A DNA stretch of 64,000 nucleotides, from positions 18,972,001 through 19,036,000 of the forward strand of contig JAQFVV010000006.1 of assembly GCA_028023455.1 (NCBI GenBank). The letters run 5' to 3'. The DNA is from Epiperipatus broadwayi (lineage: Eukaryota > Animalia > Onychophora). The notes below the pieces were generated by a model, which did not search any database, was not told the origin of the DNA, and saw only the letters and a list, made by a program, of their open reading frames with translations. Numbering within the stretch: position 1 is the first letter of the stretch; every line of letters begins with the position of its first letter. Positions 38,401 through 50,990 of this stretch are shown here, in pieces. The translations under genes and the position numbers were made by a program.

Positions 38401-41079
38401 ATTATTCTATATGTCTAATCATATACAATCTACTTAGACAATATTTGAATATCCAATAACATGAAAATTTTAAAAGAATCACATAATTATTTGTTATGTT
38501 GGATTATATCACTAATAAAAAAAAAAAATCGTCGTATGCATATTTTCAAATCAATCCTATCTCATAATGTTTTTTTAAAATGTTGTATGAAATGCGGTAC
38601 ATATAAGTAAAAAACTTTTACACTTCATTCTTCCAATTTATGGATGATCTAAAGAAAACAAAAAAAATATACATTATAAATTATCAATAGTTATTATTAT
38701 TACCAATAACCTTTATCTAGTCATCGTGTTCAGTAGGCTTTTCTTTATCCACTTGAGCATTGCAGATATAAAAAAAAAATCACACCCATACACTTTATAT
38801 TAAAATATTTTTAGCTAAATTATTAGATTGTTATATTATAAAATTTTAATATTAATAAATTAATGTTTTTATGTTTTTCCTAATCTTATATAAAAAATTT
38901 AGATTTAAACTAGGTTAACAAAATAAAAAGAATCAAAACTATAGTTACATATTTTCTTGACGATAGTTCCTGATAAGTCCAAAATGTTTATTATTTTCTC
39001 TAGAGTTTTTAAAAATGTTCTCCTCCACGCATTAAAGTTTAAAATAAAAATAATTATTAATCCATTTAATAAAATTTAGAAAATAATCCTTGGTTTTAAT
39101 ATTTAAGACGATAATTATTAAATCATAATATTAATTAATCCCGTGAAGCTTCTTAATCTTCTCTACCAATATTCTCTGCGTATCCGATGCATCAATCCAT
39201 CTAATTTAACTTTGAAAAAATATTCGATAAACTTTTAAGTACTATTTGTATTTCCATGGATCCATCTTTTATTCAACTATGTGTTCACTTTTTTATATAT
39301 GTTTCCTTCTTGATACATTTAAACTTTCGTTTGGTATTTTTATAAATCTCTTTTAAAATAAAAAAAACTTCAAGTACTTTTGAACAAATCTTTTCCAAAT
39401 ACATTTTAAATAATTCGAAGAACGGATATTTTAATATCAAAATGCTTCTGTAACATATTTTCCTGGGTTCTTTATTTAATTCTTGAAAAATATTTTTAAA
39501 AAATGTTACCTTCAGAAAAGATATAACATTTTACTCCTTTGAATATCATATTATATAAAATAATTCATGCAATATATAACTATCTTATTACCATTTAAAA
39601 ATAAATCTTGGATAAACTTATAAATAATACGTTTCAATACATTTTTTAGACTCCGTATAATGTCCGAGCTGTGGTTTTTATGTACCAGAACAGTTCTTCA
39701 GTTAAATATTAATAAAGCTGTATCAATAAATATTTCAAACATTTTTACAGTATTACAATTTATATCCATTTTATTCCGTAGTATATCCATTTTTTTATTG
39801 CGAAGCTTAGGTTAAATTTTTAGATAAAATACGACTGATAAAGGAACTTTAAAAATTTAACAAAGCATGTTAAACGAAATTATTAAAATATTTTTTAGTT
39901 TACACTCTCTTTTTTTGCAAGTTACTTTTAAAATATTAATTATTTTTTGCAAATAAATTATGAGAGAGCACTAAAATTGACTAAAATAATAATTTTAAAA
40001 TACTATCTCTTTGATAGCTATAATTTACCTTTCTCTGGTTTCAATACATTATTAATCTCCCCCTATACCCCCGTGCAATTCATATTTATAGTCTGTAAGA
40101 ATACCTATTCCTATTGGTTAATTCTTACTTTAGCTTGAGAACAAATTTACATATTTCCAATTTCAAGTAGAATTGAATTTCAAAATTAGAAATTATGACG
40201 TAATAAAATTTAAAAAATATTATTTAAAATATTACTTTTGAATCAATTATTATTTTATTAAAATTATTTAAACATTTAAAATAACTTTTAAAATAACCTT
40301 AATAACCTATTCCATTTAGCTATTTTTATTTAAACAAAATATTTAATTTTTATTATATCTGTATTCGTCTTTATTACATTACTTAAAACATTACATACGA
40401 TAGTTAACTTAATATTTATTACTATTTACTTTTATGATAGGCAATAATTCTATCCAATTCTATAATATAACTTTTAAAATATTTTAAACTTTGTTATTAT
40501 TTCAAACAAGCGTGTGTGTGAACGTATATAGTATACAAGTCACATGATTAATAACTTTGACAGACGATTTTCAATCTATTTCTCTGCCCAGATTTATAAA
40601 ATTGATACACTTATTACATTATATAATATAATTATAAAAATTTGGAAGAACAATTTAGAAAATATAGAACTAGATATAATTTTCACCATCACAAAGTTTA
40701 TTTTAAAATATACTATATTAATTTTGACTATTTAAATATGATTACAAATTTAAATACTGTATTTATTAACTTATCAATTTTAAACCATTAAAATCGAATT
40801 TTTAAATATACTTTTAATATTTATAGCTGTGTTATTTAATATGGCCAGCTTTTACAACCATATGAAACAATATTTTAAACTTTACTTAACTACTTTTTAA
40901 ATAATTCGCTATAATTTTATATACCACGTATTTTATTTAGCTTTAAATTGTACTTTAAAAATATAATCGACAAACTATAATTAATGTATTAAAAGGTCAT
41001 ATTCTAAATTTAAAATTTTTAGTAATTGACTGTTATAAACTATTACTGACCTATAAAAAAGGGCACAATATATACATAC

Positions 41080-41206
41080 CTCTAAAAGCCAAATAATGTA
41101 ATGTTCTAGCTCTCTCATGCTGAATGCCATTCATATGCTTTTTTCTATTCTGCGCATTATCTGGAAATGTTCGATCACAATAATCACAGTAATAACGTTT
41201 TCCCAT
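41080..41206 (-). CDS. ZMAT5: ZMAT5 coding exon 1 (127 nt), matrin/U1-type zinc finger
   Basis: ttttgcag|ATGGGAAAACGTTATTACTGTGAT...TTTAGAG|gtatgt gives [42 protein letters not shown]; recalled human [42 protein letters not shown]. The acceptor AG abuts the ATG, so an upstream UTR exon is required. Confidence 0.97.
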
Positions 41207-43009
41207 CTGCAAAACTAGTTCTTTAGTTAAACCTGCATAGAAACAAAATTTTATACAAAAAGTTATTTACAAAAAAAAAAATGCCAAAATGTTTATAAAA
41301 AAAAAAATTAATAAAATATGTCAAAAATAATTTTCTGAAAAAAATTAACAAAATTTCATATTAAAAGAACCTAAATTTATTGTTATAATTCTTGTTATTA
41401 CATTAATAAAATGATGATTAATTCTAACCAATCATGATCTTTTTGGTTTGATGAATTGAGCCATACAATTTGCTGAATCATGTATATTCTTATTTTGCAC
41501 TAAAGAAATTTCTAACTATCTGTCTATTTATCTGCTGTCTGTTTGTCCATCTAACTGCCCATCTATCTATTTATCAATAATTTAAGAAAATAAGCTTGGT
41601 ATACGTAAGATTATATTAACAAATCTATTGGGAAAACGATACATTATGTAAACCCTAAAGTTTAAATCTAACAAAACCCTTTATAAAATATACCATTTAA
41701 TTAATGCATGCAGAATCATAAGAAAAACAAGGTTCAACGTATTTCTACAATATGTATAGGATAGACGATCCTATAAATATCTAAAATTAAATAGGAATCC
41801 TTTGCATTGTATTAACAGTTTAGAATCGAAGAATTATTTGTATTGAAATATCAAAGAGATTGATTACAGAAATTAAAAACATCAAATTAAAATATATATA
41901 AATATGATATATAGAGTTCATTATTTAAAAAATATAAGATTTTGTAGATAAAAGTTATATTATGAATTATAAACTATGGCAATACAAGGCTCAAAGAACT
42001 GATTTCAAAGGAATCCTTTATTTAGCCAAAGGAGAACTAAAGTCTCTATCCAACTAATCAGAATATGCTTGAATACTATTTATCTCAAACAGATTTTAAA
42101 GTATGAATGATGAAAAAAACACAATTATTAAATGTGATATTTTTGCACTCAGAATTATATTCTGAATAAACAAAAAATTATAATTCAATTTTTTATATAT
42201 CTTACCATTAATGTATATATATACATTTCTGTAAACAAAATATTTATTTTATGAGATTAACAATCATCTTGTGTTTTACACAATTAATAAACACACACAT
42301 AAATATTAATTCTATTTTTATATAATTGATCAATTGAATTGATTATGTGTATAACATAAGCAGTTAAGTAATTTCTATATTGTAGAACTATATAGAATCT
42401 TATAATATTAGAGAATACTTAAATACCCTCATTCATAATATTACAATAAATAGCTTTGTAATGCATTAGTTTTGCAACTCATTAACCATGAAAGAAATGG
42501 CTTAAAAAATACAATAAGTATTAAGAAGTTTTAAAAGATTTTGCATTTCATTTTACATAAACTACATTAGCAGGATGTTTTCAGAATATCAGTTTAATGT
42601 TTTATTGGTTGAGATGACATTTGAATACAAAAATGGCAGGTTGAATGCAATCGAAAATTCCAGCTATTTTTCCGCTACCATGTAATTAACTACAAATAAT
42701 TTAAAGTTTCTTTTATCAAACAATCCACATTTCATAATTTTGGCATATTAAATCTTTTATAAACAATATTATTTCAAAATATTAGACAATGATATTTCAA
42801 CTAGGCACCACCAGTCATAGATACTATTTATAAGACATTTAATTTCCAACAGACAGTATTTTCACTCTCTAGATATACTAATTCAACAGCCATTTGACAA
42901 TACTTCTAACTTTAAAAGTGTGGTCTATTTATTTAATTTTCAAATAACAGCACTTTAATTCTGCATTAATGATGAAATAAATTTATTATATAAATATGAG
43001 CTTGAAAAA

Positions 43010-43330
43010 CCACAGCTACAGAAATCTTTTCAAGCCATTTTATCTCTTCTCAAGACCATCTATAACTTCTTCCTCTACTTCTTTTCCTTTCATTCTTCAT
43101 AGACCCTTGCAATATAGCTTTCATAATTCTTTGCTATTGAAATACATAACCAATCCAATTTCTTTCACTTCATAATTTACTCTTTTCAAATTTCTGTATT
43201 GCCAACCCCCTTGATATAGTCTGTTTTGATTCTTAAGATTTATCAATTATCTTCTGATTCCTTTCACTCTCCACCATATCTTTCTTTTGAAAATCATTCT
43301 TTTCAATTTTGAATCATATGCTTATTATTA
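43010..43330 (-). mobile_element. LINE 3'-region fragment
   Basis: Reads RNWIGYVF...IMKAILQGSM...RGRSYRW, resembling the RTE-type C-terminal WIGH..R...G...RGR..RW motif. Confidence 0.45.
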
Positions 43331-43356
43331 CTGTTATTTTATTTACAAATCTTTAA

Positions 43357-43555
43357 ATGGACAGTTGAAATCTTAAACTGGATTCCAAGAGATTGTAAAA
43401 AACACAGAAAGAGACCACATGTGAGGTGGATGAATGAAATAAAAAAATGTGCAGGAGTGATGTGAAGAAGAGAAGCTAAAGATCAGAGAAGATGGATTGA
43501 ACTTGGAGAGACCTTCATCCTACAGTGGATTGATAATGGTTGATGATAATGATGA
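43357..43555 (+). mobile_element. 5'-truncated RTE family A 3' end with GAT-rich tail
   Basis: Near-identical to 8903-9050 and ends ...gataatggttgatgataatgatgat. Confidence 0.9.
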
Positions 43556-44099
43556 TACTCCACCTACATACTTTTCACAATGCTTTATTTAATTCTCTTT
43601 ATAATTTTCACTACCAAGCAATCTTCTTCAGATTATACAATACTATGTTTTAGGATCATTAGTTTGTAAACTGAAAAGAAATTATTAACAACTATGGCTA
43701 ACCAGTTAAAAGTATTGCAAAAAGTCTATAGAAAAGTCGTTTTTAAGATAAAAGCAATACAAAAAAGTGTAAGTGATGTTGAACATTTTTGGAAATATTT
43801 TATTTACAAAACCACATCAACTTCTCATCTCTAGCAATTATTAATTTTAACTTTCACTGCTACAACTTGCTATGCGATACCACAAAAAAAATTATCATAT
43901 ATCTTCATTTCATAAAATTGTCTTAATTGAACAGGTGTCCATCTTACTACTTCCCTAGGTATGTCTATATTCTGTAAAAATCAGTTTGAATTTTCCTCAC
44001 GTGGTGTTTTATATCACTTTCTTAGGGTTTAATGGTATCCCATACCTTTTGTAATCTAAAAATAATTTTATTTCTCAGCTTTTTGCAATCAATGGTTAT

Positions 44100-44560
44100 T
44101 TTTTTCTAATTTTTTATACAAATAATAGTTATTATAAATAATGTTTATAATAATAAAAATCAAATTTATTTATTATAATAACTGATCATTCATTTCCTAA
44201 AAGAAAGCCACTAACTGATCCTAGGTAGAAGATGTACCAGTTTATTCTAAATAGAAGTAATTTTATTTCTCCATTTTTTTGCAATCTATGCTTATAATAC
44301 TAAAAATCAAATGAATTCATTATAAAAACAGATTGTTCTTTTCCTAAAAGAAAGCAATTAACTGATCCCAGGTAGAAGTTCCATTTTTTGCATATATGAT
44401 TATATTTTTATTTTTTATACAAATATTATGACAATTTTTAAAAGTAATGCTTACAATAAATAAAATAAAATTTATTTCTTTATAATAATGGATTGTAAGA
44501 AATCAATCAACTGACTTTAGTTAGAAAGTTTTTGCAATTTTATAGTTATACTTTTTTAAT
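44100..44560. repeat. Diverged ~150-bp tandem repeat (2-3 units)
   Basis: ttcctaaaagaaagc..taactgatcc(t/c)aggtagaag occurs at ~44193 and ~44341, with a weaker unit near 44495. Confidence 0.7.
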
Positions 44561-44649
44561 ACAAATATTAATTATATCAAAAAATAATACTTTTCTTAAA
44601 AGTGATGTCAGATATCAGTTATAGCATTTACATTATAAAAACGCATTGC

Positions 44650-45150
44650 ATGTTAATCAATCTCTTATCATACTTTTCCTGTTTCAACACAACATTCCAA
44701 TCTCTCATAACCATCATAAAATGATTTTCAAAGTCACTAACTAGTTGGCATATATATCTAAATAATTGTGAAATTGTTGAAAAATCTAAACATCAACTAT
44801 TTATTCACATAAGAGCTAATTAGAAAATTGCCATTCACTTTGTACCTGAAACAAGGTTATATTTATCATAATTACTGCTATCTTAGAATAAAATATATCT
44901 TTTTACTGTTTTTACTACATCCCACTCAACTTGTAGACTAACCTTTTTCTTTTGCACCTGACAATAAATTTAATTTTTCTCTGGTTTAGTCACAATTTCT
45001 ATCATTCCATTTATCTATTCTTACAATATTTAATAATGCCAAAACCTTTAAATAGCACTCATAGTTGGACTGATATGTTCAGTACTAAAAGTATATACTT
45101 CCATTGGAATAGTTTTCTATTTGCTTATTCTGATATTTTTAATTGTATCT
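44650..45150 (-). mobile_element. Probable LINE endonuclease relic
   Basis: IYMPTS followed ~15 aa later by MMVMRDWN (VY.P / GDFN-like APE motifs); heavily decayed. Confidence 0.4.
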
Positions 45151-47622
45151 ACAATCCCAACATTCCAACTGAAATCTAATAATTTAATATTTTTAAAATG
45201 TATTCTACTAAACTAAATATATGTATGCAATAATTACTTAACTACAAATATATAATCTCGTTTAAAGGCAAGTTGGTATAAACAGGCTATTGAATATTAG
45301 TAATCAGTAATGATAACATTAATTCTTACCAAATAAAGAAAACTATTCTTAATCTAACAAATAATTGTATTTAAATTTTTTTTTAAAAAAATTATATATA
45401 TTCTATTCTGATTAAAAACAAAATACAGTACAATACTGTATTAAAGTTATAAAACAAAAATTTAAAAAGTAAATAATACTACAGATTTAACATTCGTAAT
45501 TAGTTTTCAAAATTAATACAACTAAAAAACATTGTAAAACATAATAACAGAATGACAATAAAAAATATTATTTGAAATAATGTTAAAAAAAATCTAATAA
45601 AATTACATATCTACTAAATATATAAACAAGTCCTCCATTACTTTAGCTATCTATCTATGGCAAGCTTGAATAATCCATGTTTTAGCAGATGGTAATGCAA
45701 TTTAGTCCCATCTCCTGACTAGTTTTTTGGCTTTTGCCTTTATCAACAAGTCTTGATATTCAGAGATTTGTCTTTTTTTCTATCAAGTTAATAGTTTTAA
45801 AATTCAAAAAATTCTAAGGCTTTGAACACGTTGGAGTAACAATATAGATCTGACAAGTCAGAAACTACATATTTTAATAAATAATTGATGCAAATTAAAT
45901 TCCACTGGATTCTGGCAAACCACTGTTTACTCAAGTTTACAATTGACAAGATAGAAAAGTGAAGAAAGGCTGGTTTTATTGGTACTGTAGTAAGCTGAAA
46001 GAATCAAGTAATGATGTGTCGGTACTAATATAATTAACTAAGAATAAAACAGGTTATGAAAATATTATTGCTAACAATGTCAGATTTATATAGCTATTCA
46101 AGCAGATAAGTTTAAGTTCAAATCTTAGAAATTTTTGGATTTCTAGCTATTATTAACTCAAGAGCAAAAAAAAAAAAAACATTAAATGTGACTATGAAAT
46201 GCATAAATCTATTGTTTCTAGCTTTGAAAAGAAAGTTCTCACTGATAAAGCCAAAAACCAGAACCCAGTTTGGGATGGCAAAGAGCAAAAAACGAGAAGA
46301 CTGCTTATTTATATTATAGTAAGCTGAAAGAATCACATAATACATATATAATAATAGAACAAGTTTTGAAACAAATTAAATATATATTGAACAAAACTGA
46401 CTTTTAATTTAAAACAATTATTATATACGAAGTCTTAAAGGAGGGTATTTGCTTAGATGTAATTTCTATATTTAAAAAATAAATTAATGTTAATATAACA
46501 AATATTGTTGGGTGCTGTAGTCAGGTTATCAATGGGCTCCACAAATAGTTACAAAGAGCTATTGTGAACAAATAAAGAGTGCCTAGGCGATCAAGAGCTC
46601 CTGCAGCATTGTAGAGCAAAGGGTGGTGGTTTATCAAAGGCTAGGTACTGTTTCCAATACAACTAGTTTTTTCTGTCATCTTCTTTTCCTTCTTCAATTA
46701 GTTAATTATTGCAGGGCCGATCATCATGAGCCTCTAATGGACATCTTGTAATAACTGTGACAGTGGGATTGTATGTTTGTGCAGTAATATTTTCATTCTT
46801 CAATTACATGCATGGCATTTCTGACTTCCCTTTTGCTTACCCCCATTTCTTTTAGCTCAAACTATATCACTAATGAGTCAGTTTGGAACCGGATTTAATC
46901 GAGGCAGGGGTTTCAGCTGGCAAAGATATTATATTCAGGCAGCCCTGTTTAGGAATCCTCTCCCTACTATGGAAGTGGAAAAGCCTTAAAAATATGATCT
47001 AAAAAATAATCTATCTCAGACAGTCCGAGTAAGCTATTGCATCTTGCAGATTATTCATTTCAATTGGTAATATTAAAATGATATAAATCTAATTTTTTTC
47101 TAAACATATATGTGTTGAATGTGCAAACTTTACTTGATTCAAATTCTTCAAAACTCGAATGGAATACTGCACTTTTGGCTAATGAGCTTTTCAGGATTTA
47201 AGATCGATATACCTGCTAGTAGTGAAACATGTCTCCCAGAGAAAGAAAGTTTATTAGAATAGATAGATGATATAAGTTTTTTTGAAAAGGCACAATGTAT
47301 GGTGTTGGATTTGCTGTAAAATCTAATTTCTTCTATTGCTGGAATTCCTTGTTTAATCAATGAAAGGTTAATTATTTTTAAACTGACCTTTCGTTATGGT
47401 ACTGGTGCTCATTTTATTAGTGCTTATGCTCCAATCTTAGATTAAAAAAATAGAGAAAGAAAACTTTTACTCCTGCTATGTCTTGATCTTAACTTTATCT
47501 CAATTAAGACTAACAAGTGATTTCTAAAATTATTCAGTTTCTCATATAACTAAATAACACCACAGTGGATCAATTTTATAACTAATTTTAATACAAGACA
47601 ATAATATTCTAGTAATATATAC

Positions 47623-50594
47623 TGTAACGGTAAGCACCCTCTCAACGAGATAAGTTAAGGCAGTCGTATCTCACTATAGTCTGATTTAGGGTCTTCATAT
47701 ACGATGCCACGAATGATGTGATTTAATTTTGATATAAATCTATATCTGTTCCCAATAAATAATATATTATTAATAAATTATTATATCTAAACCACATCAA
47801 ATCAATTTTCACCTTAATTGACTTAACCGTTAAGCTCAGATTTCGAACTCAGGGAAGTTTAACAATTGATTCTCTTCAGGGGTTCCTATCAATATACTAA
47901 AGTAATATTAATAACAAATCTCACTAACTCTTTAAAATGGATTTCATGACGTTAATATAATAATCAATAAAGATTATTATATTAAATGTTGTTCTTATCT
48001 TATAAAATCAAATAAATAAATAAAACAAAATTGAAGACTTCATTTAGTTTAATATAAAAAAACATAACAATTATTTATTTAACAAATAAATAACTTAAAC
48101 TTTATAATATATAAAAATTATTTATATATCTACTTCCTTATATTAAAAATATAAATATTCTATTTACTTACGGTAGATATATTTTCTAACTTATAACACT
48201 ACATAATTTTATAACGAATATAAGTATCCAAATATTAAGACTTCTATATTAATACTATTATATAATAATTAGATTATACAAATAATAATCCAATTATTTG
48301 TATATAATGTTTACATTCGTTAAAATGTATTGTACGCAATTTATGTTTATTAATATAAAAATATATATTTCATATCAATGTTAGTCATTTATCCACTTAT
48401 CATACATAATGGTTGTTAGACTATTTGGAGTAGTATAACAAAGTAGTGTCATGTCATAAAAAATAATTTAATCTCTTACCTCTAAGTTCACTTTATCCCT
48501 TCATATTTATACATGCCTTTCCCATATATTTCTTAACCTATATCTAAATTTTTATTAATCATAAATAAAAATAAAAATATTTTAAATTATTAATTCTCTC
48601 TTATTGCTCATTTCTTTAATGAAATGAATTCGATAATAAAGGAAATGAAATTAATGTTTCACAATTATAATTTTTAAAGACTTAAATGGTATTTATAAAA
48701 GTTAATGCAATAGTCTTAGATGTTCCTGGCATTCGCGAATGAAAATCCTTCGAAGATGCAATTTTTAATTCCTTCGTTGTTATACATTGAAGAAAATAAT
48801 AGGATTCCCAAGTTGACATTTAGCTTCCTCTTTGTATGTAGATGTCATCTTCGTTAATACACAGTTCCTTTATTAACAATTATAATTTCATTTTGAAGAT
48901 ATTGCTTCTATATAATTTTAAAGGCATTTGCAAAAGATGTTATTCACATATATATATATATTTGACAGGCAAGCACATTTTATATATCCCACGATCTGCA
49001 TTTTCCTTATAATGTAAATATAAATTTATTTAAACGCACATTCATTACGTAAATAATAGTCATTAAGGCTATAGTCTTAATGAATATTATTTACATAATG
49101 AATGTGCGTTTAAATAAATTTATAATTACAACTTTAAATTATCGTAATAGATTTCTCACTATAAAATCTTTCCATTGACTCGCTGTAAATCGAAAGATTT
49201 CACGAGTTTTAATGTGTAATAAGAAATGTGGACTTAATTAGTGAAGTACTGAATAGCTTCACACTCTCAGATCGAACCGCTTCAGCTTCACCTATTTAAA
49301 TAGAAAATAGGTTGAAGTAAAGAAGGGTTCCCCTCTTTTCTTCCAAGAGTAAGCTTGAGGTTTTAAGACCTGTAGAGGTCCCTACTATCGCATTTCATAC
49401 GCATGTGAGTGAGGCTATAGCCTTAATGAATATTATTTACTTATAATGTAAAGTACATTAAATTTAGTTGAAGTTTTTATAAACATGTTCTTTTTAAAAC
49501 GAAGTTTACAATTAGAACTCCAATTAGAACGATTTTTATCCAACATGAAAATATATTCAAATTACTTTCTTAAAAAAAAATATTAGAAATTTCTTCTAAT
49601 AAGTATTAAATCGTTCAAAATATAGATTTTATCTTATACACTGTTCTTTTAAATCGAACACAGTATAAGTCTTTGTGAGGATATAGCTGAAAGAATAGAA
49701 TCCTTAATCTTCTAATAAAAAAAAAAATTATTATTATTTTATTTGTAAGGAAAGCAGGGTGTGTTATGTGGTTTTTTTTTTTTTTTTTTTTAAAAATAAA
49801 AGTAAATTAAAAAGTTTGTTTTAAAATTTTTTTTTAAAATTTAAAATTGAAATTAAATATCAATTAAACTTTATATATTAAATCGCAAATAATGAAAAAA
49901 AATTTAATAAAAATAAATTTTATTAAAAAAATATTTAAAAAATTTTAAATAATATGAGAAGATATTATTTTTATTTTATTTTTATTATATTTTTTTTGAA
50001 TCAAAAAATTATAAAAAATGAAATGGTGTTATGTGTTTATTTACATACTTAATAAAAAAAAAACAAAAAAAAAAAAAAAATTAAAAATAAAAAAAAATTT
50101 CTTGGGAAACGACCAAAGAGTCTTAGTATTTATATTTTCTAAAAATAAAAAAAATGTATTTTTTGTATTTGTTTGGTTGTATTTTATATTTATGTTAGGT
50201 AGGTGGTTGTGGGGGGGGATGGAAAAAGATTTTTTTTTCTAAAAAGGAAAGAAGAAAAATTTTTTTTAAAATCAATAAAAAAAAATAAAGAAATCAAATT
50301 TTAAAACATAGAAGAAGAAGATGAATATTAAAATATAATAATTAAATAAATTAAATAAATAAATTAAAATAATTATTAATATTATTTTATTTAATTATTT
50401 TTTTTTTTTTTATTTTTTTTTTTTTTTTTTATTTTTAAATATAATGGGATAATATGAATGGTAGTGGTGTTGTTGTGGAGGTATGGTAGGGTGAGTTATG
50501 TTTTGTTGTGTTGTTGGTATGGGTGTATTGGTGGTTGTTGGGATATGTGTGGGGCCGTTGTTGTTTTTTTTTTTTTATTATTTAAATGGTGATT

Positions 50595-50634
<40 letters not shown>

Positions 50635-50990
50635 ATAAAAAAAAAAAATAAAAGTTTATTTTGTGGGCAAGTAAAAAAAAAAATATGGGGGGGGGGGGGG
50701 ATATATAACTGCACGAGCTTGTTGAAGCATATCACATTCTATATTGTTACATTACAATTCGATAGAAATCATTAAGTTAATTTCATTCCCTTTAATTCGA
50801 TAAAGTGCATGTGAACCCAGAGATCATTACCTTGTCAACTGTTTTTTTCTCAACAATGATGTTTCATTTTAAAGAATGAAAAATATTAACTTAACAAATT
50901 ATATATTTATTTTTATAAATATAATAAGAATACAAATATAATGTATACATAGTGATTATATGTATGTATGAGTATATATATACTCCTGCA
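47623..50990. mobile_element. Unclassified 3.4-kb TG...CA insertion inside the Gypsy 2 3' LTR
   Basis: The intact LTR reads ctagtaatatatacatatatagttgc. Here it is split as ...atatATAC|TGTAACGG...CCTGCA|ATACatatatagttgc (4-bp TSD ATAC). No coding motifs seen. Confidence 0.65.
49019..49124. repeat. 106-bp near-perfect palindrome centred on CTATAG
   Basis: tataaatttatttaaacgcacattcatta(c)gtaaataata(g)tcattaag(g)ctatag(t)cttaatgaatattatttacataatgaatgtgcgtttaaataaatttata; about 3 mismatched pairs and no spacer. Confidence 0.95.

Noticed and set aside
38100-38460. Possible TAA/TAG-to-Gln alternative genetic code
   Set aside because: ZMAT5 and UQCR10 exons read normally with CAA/CAG for Gln, and the pseudogenes contain all three stop types; the stops reflect decay.
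49690-50700. ORFs 50018-50242, 50496-50735 and 50593-50775 in a homopolymer-rich tract
   Set aside because: These are poly-A/T/G runs giving K/F/G strings; low-complexity or noisy consensus sequence, not coding. Similar tracts occur at ~11590-11750, ~16420-16740 and ~61910-62100.
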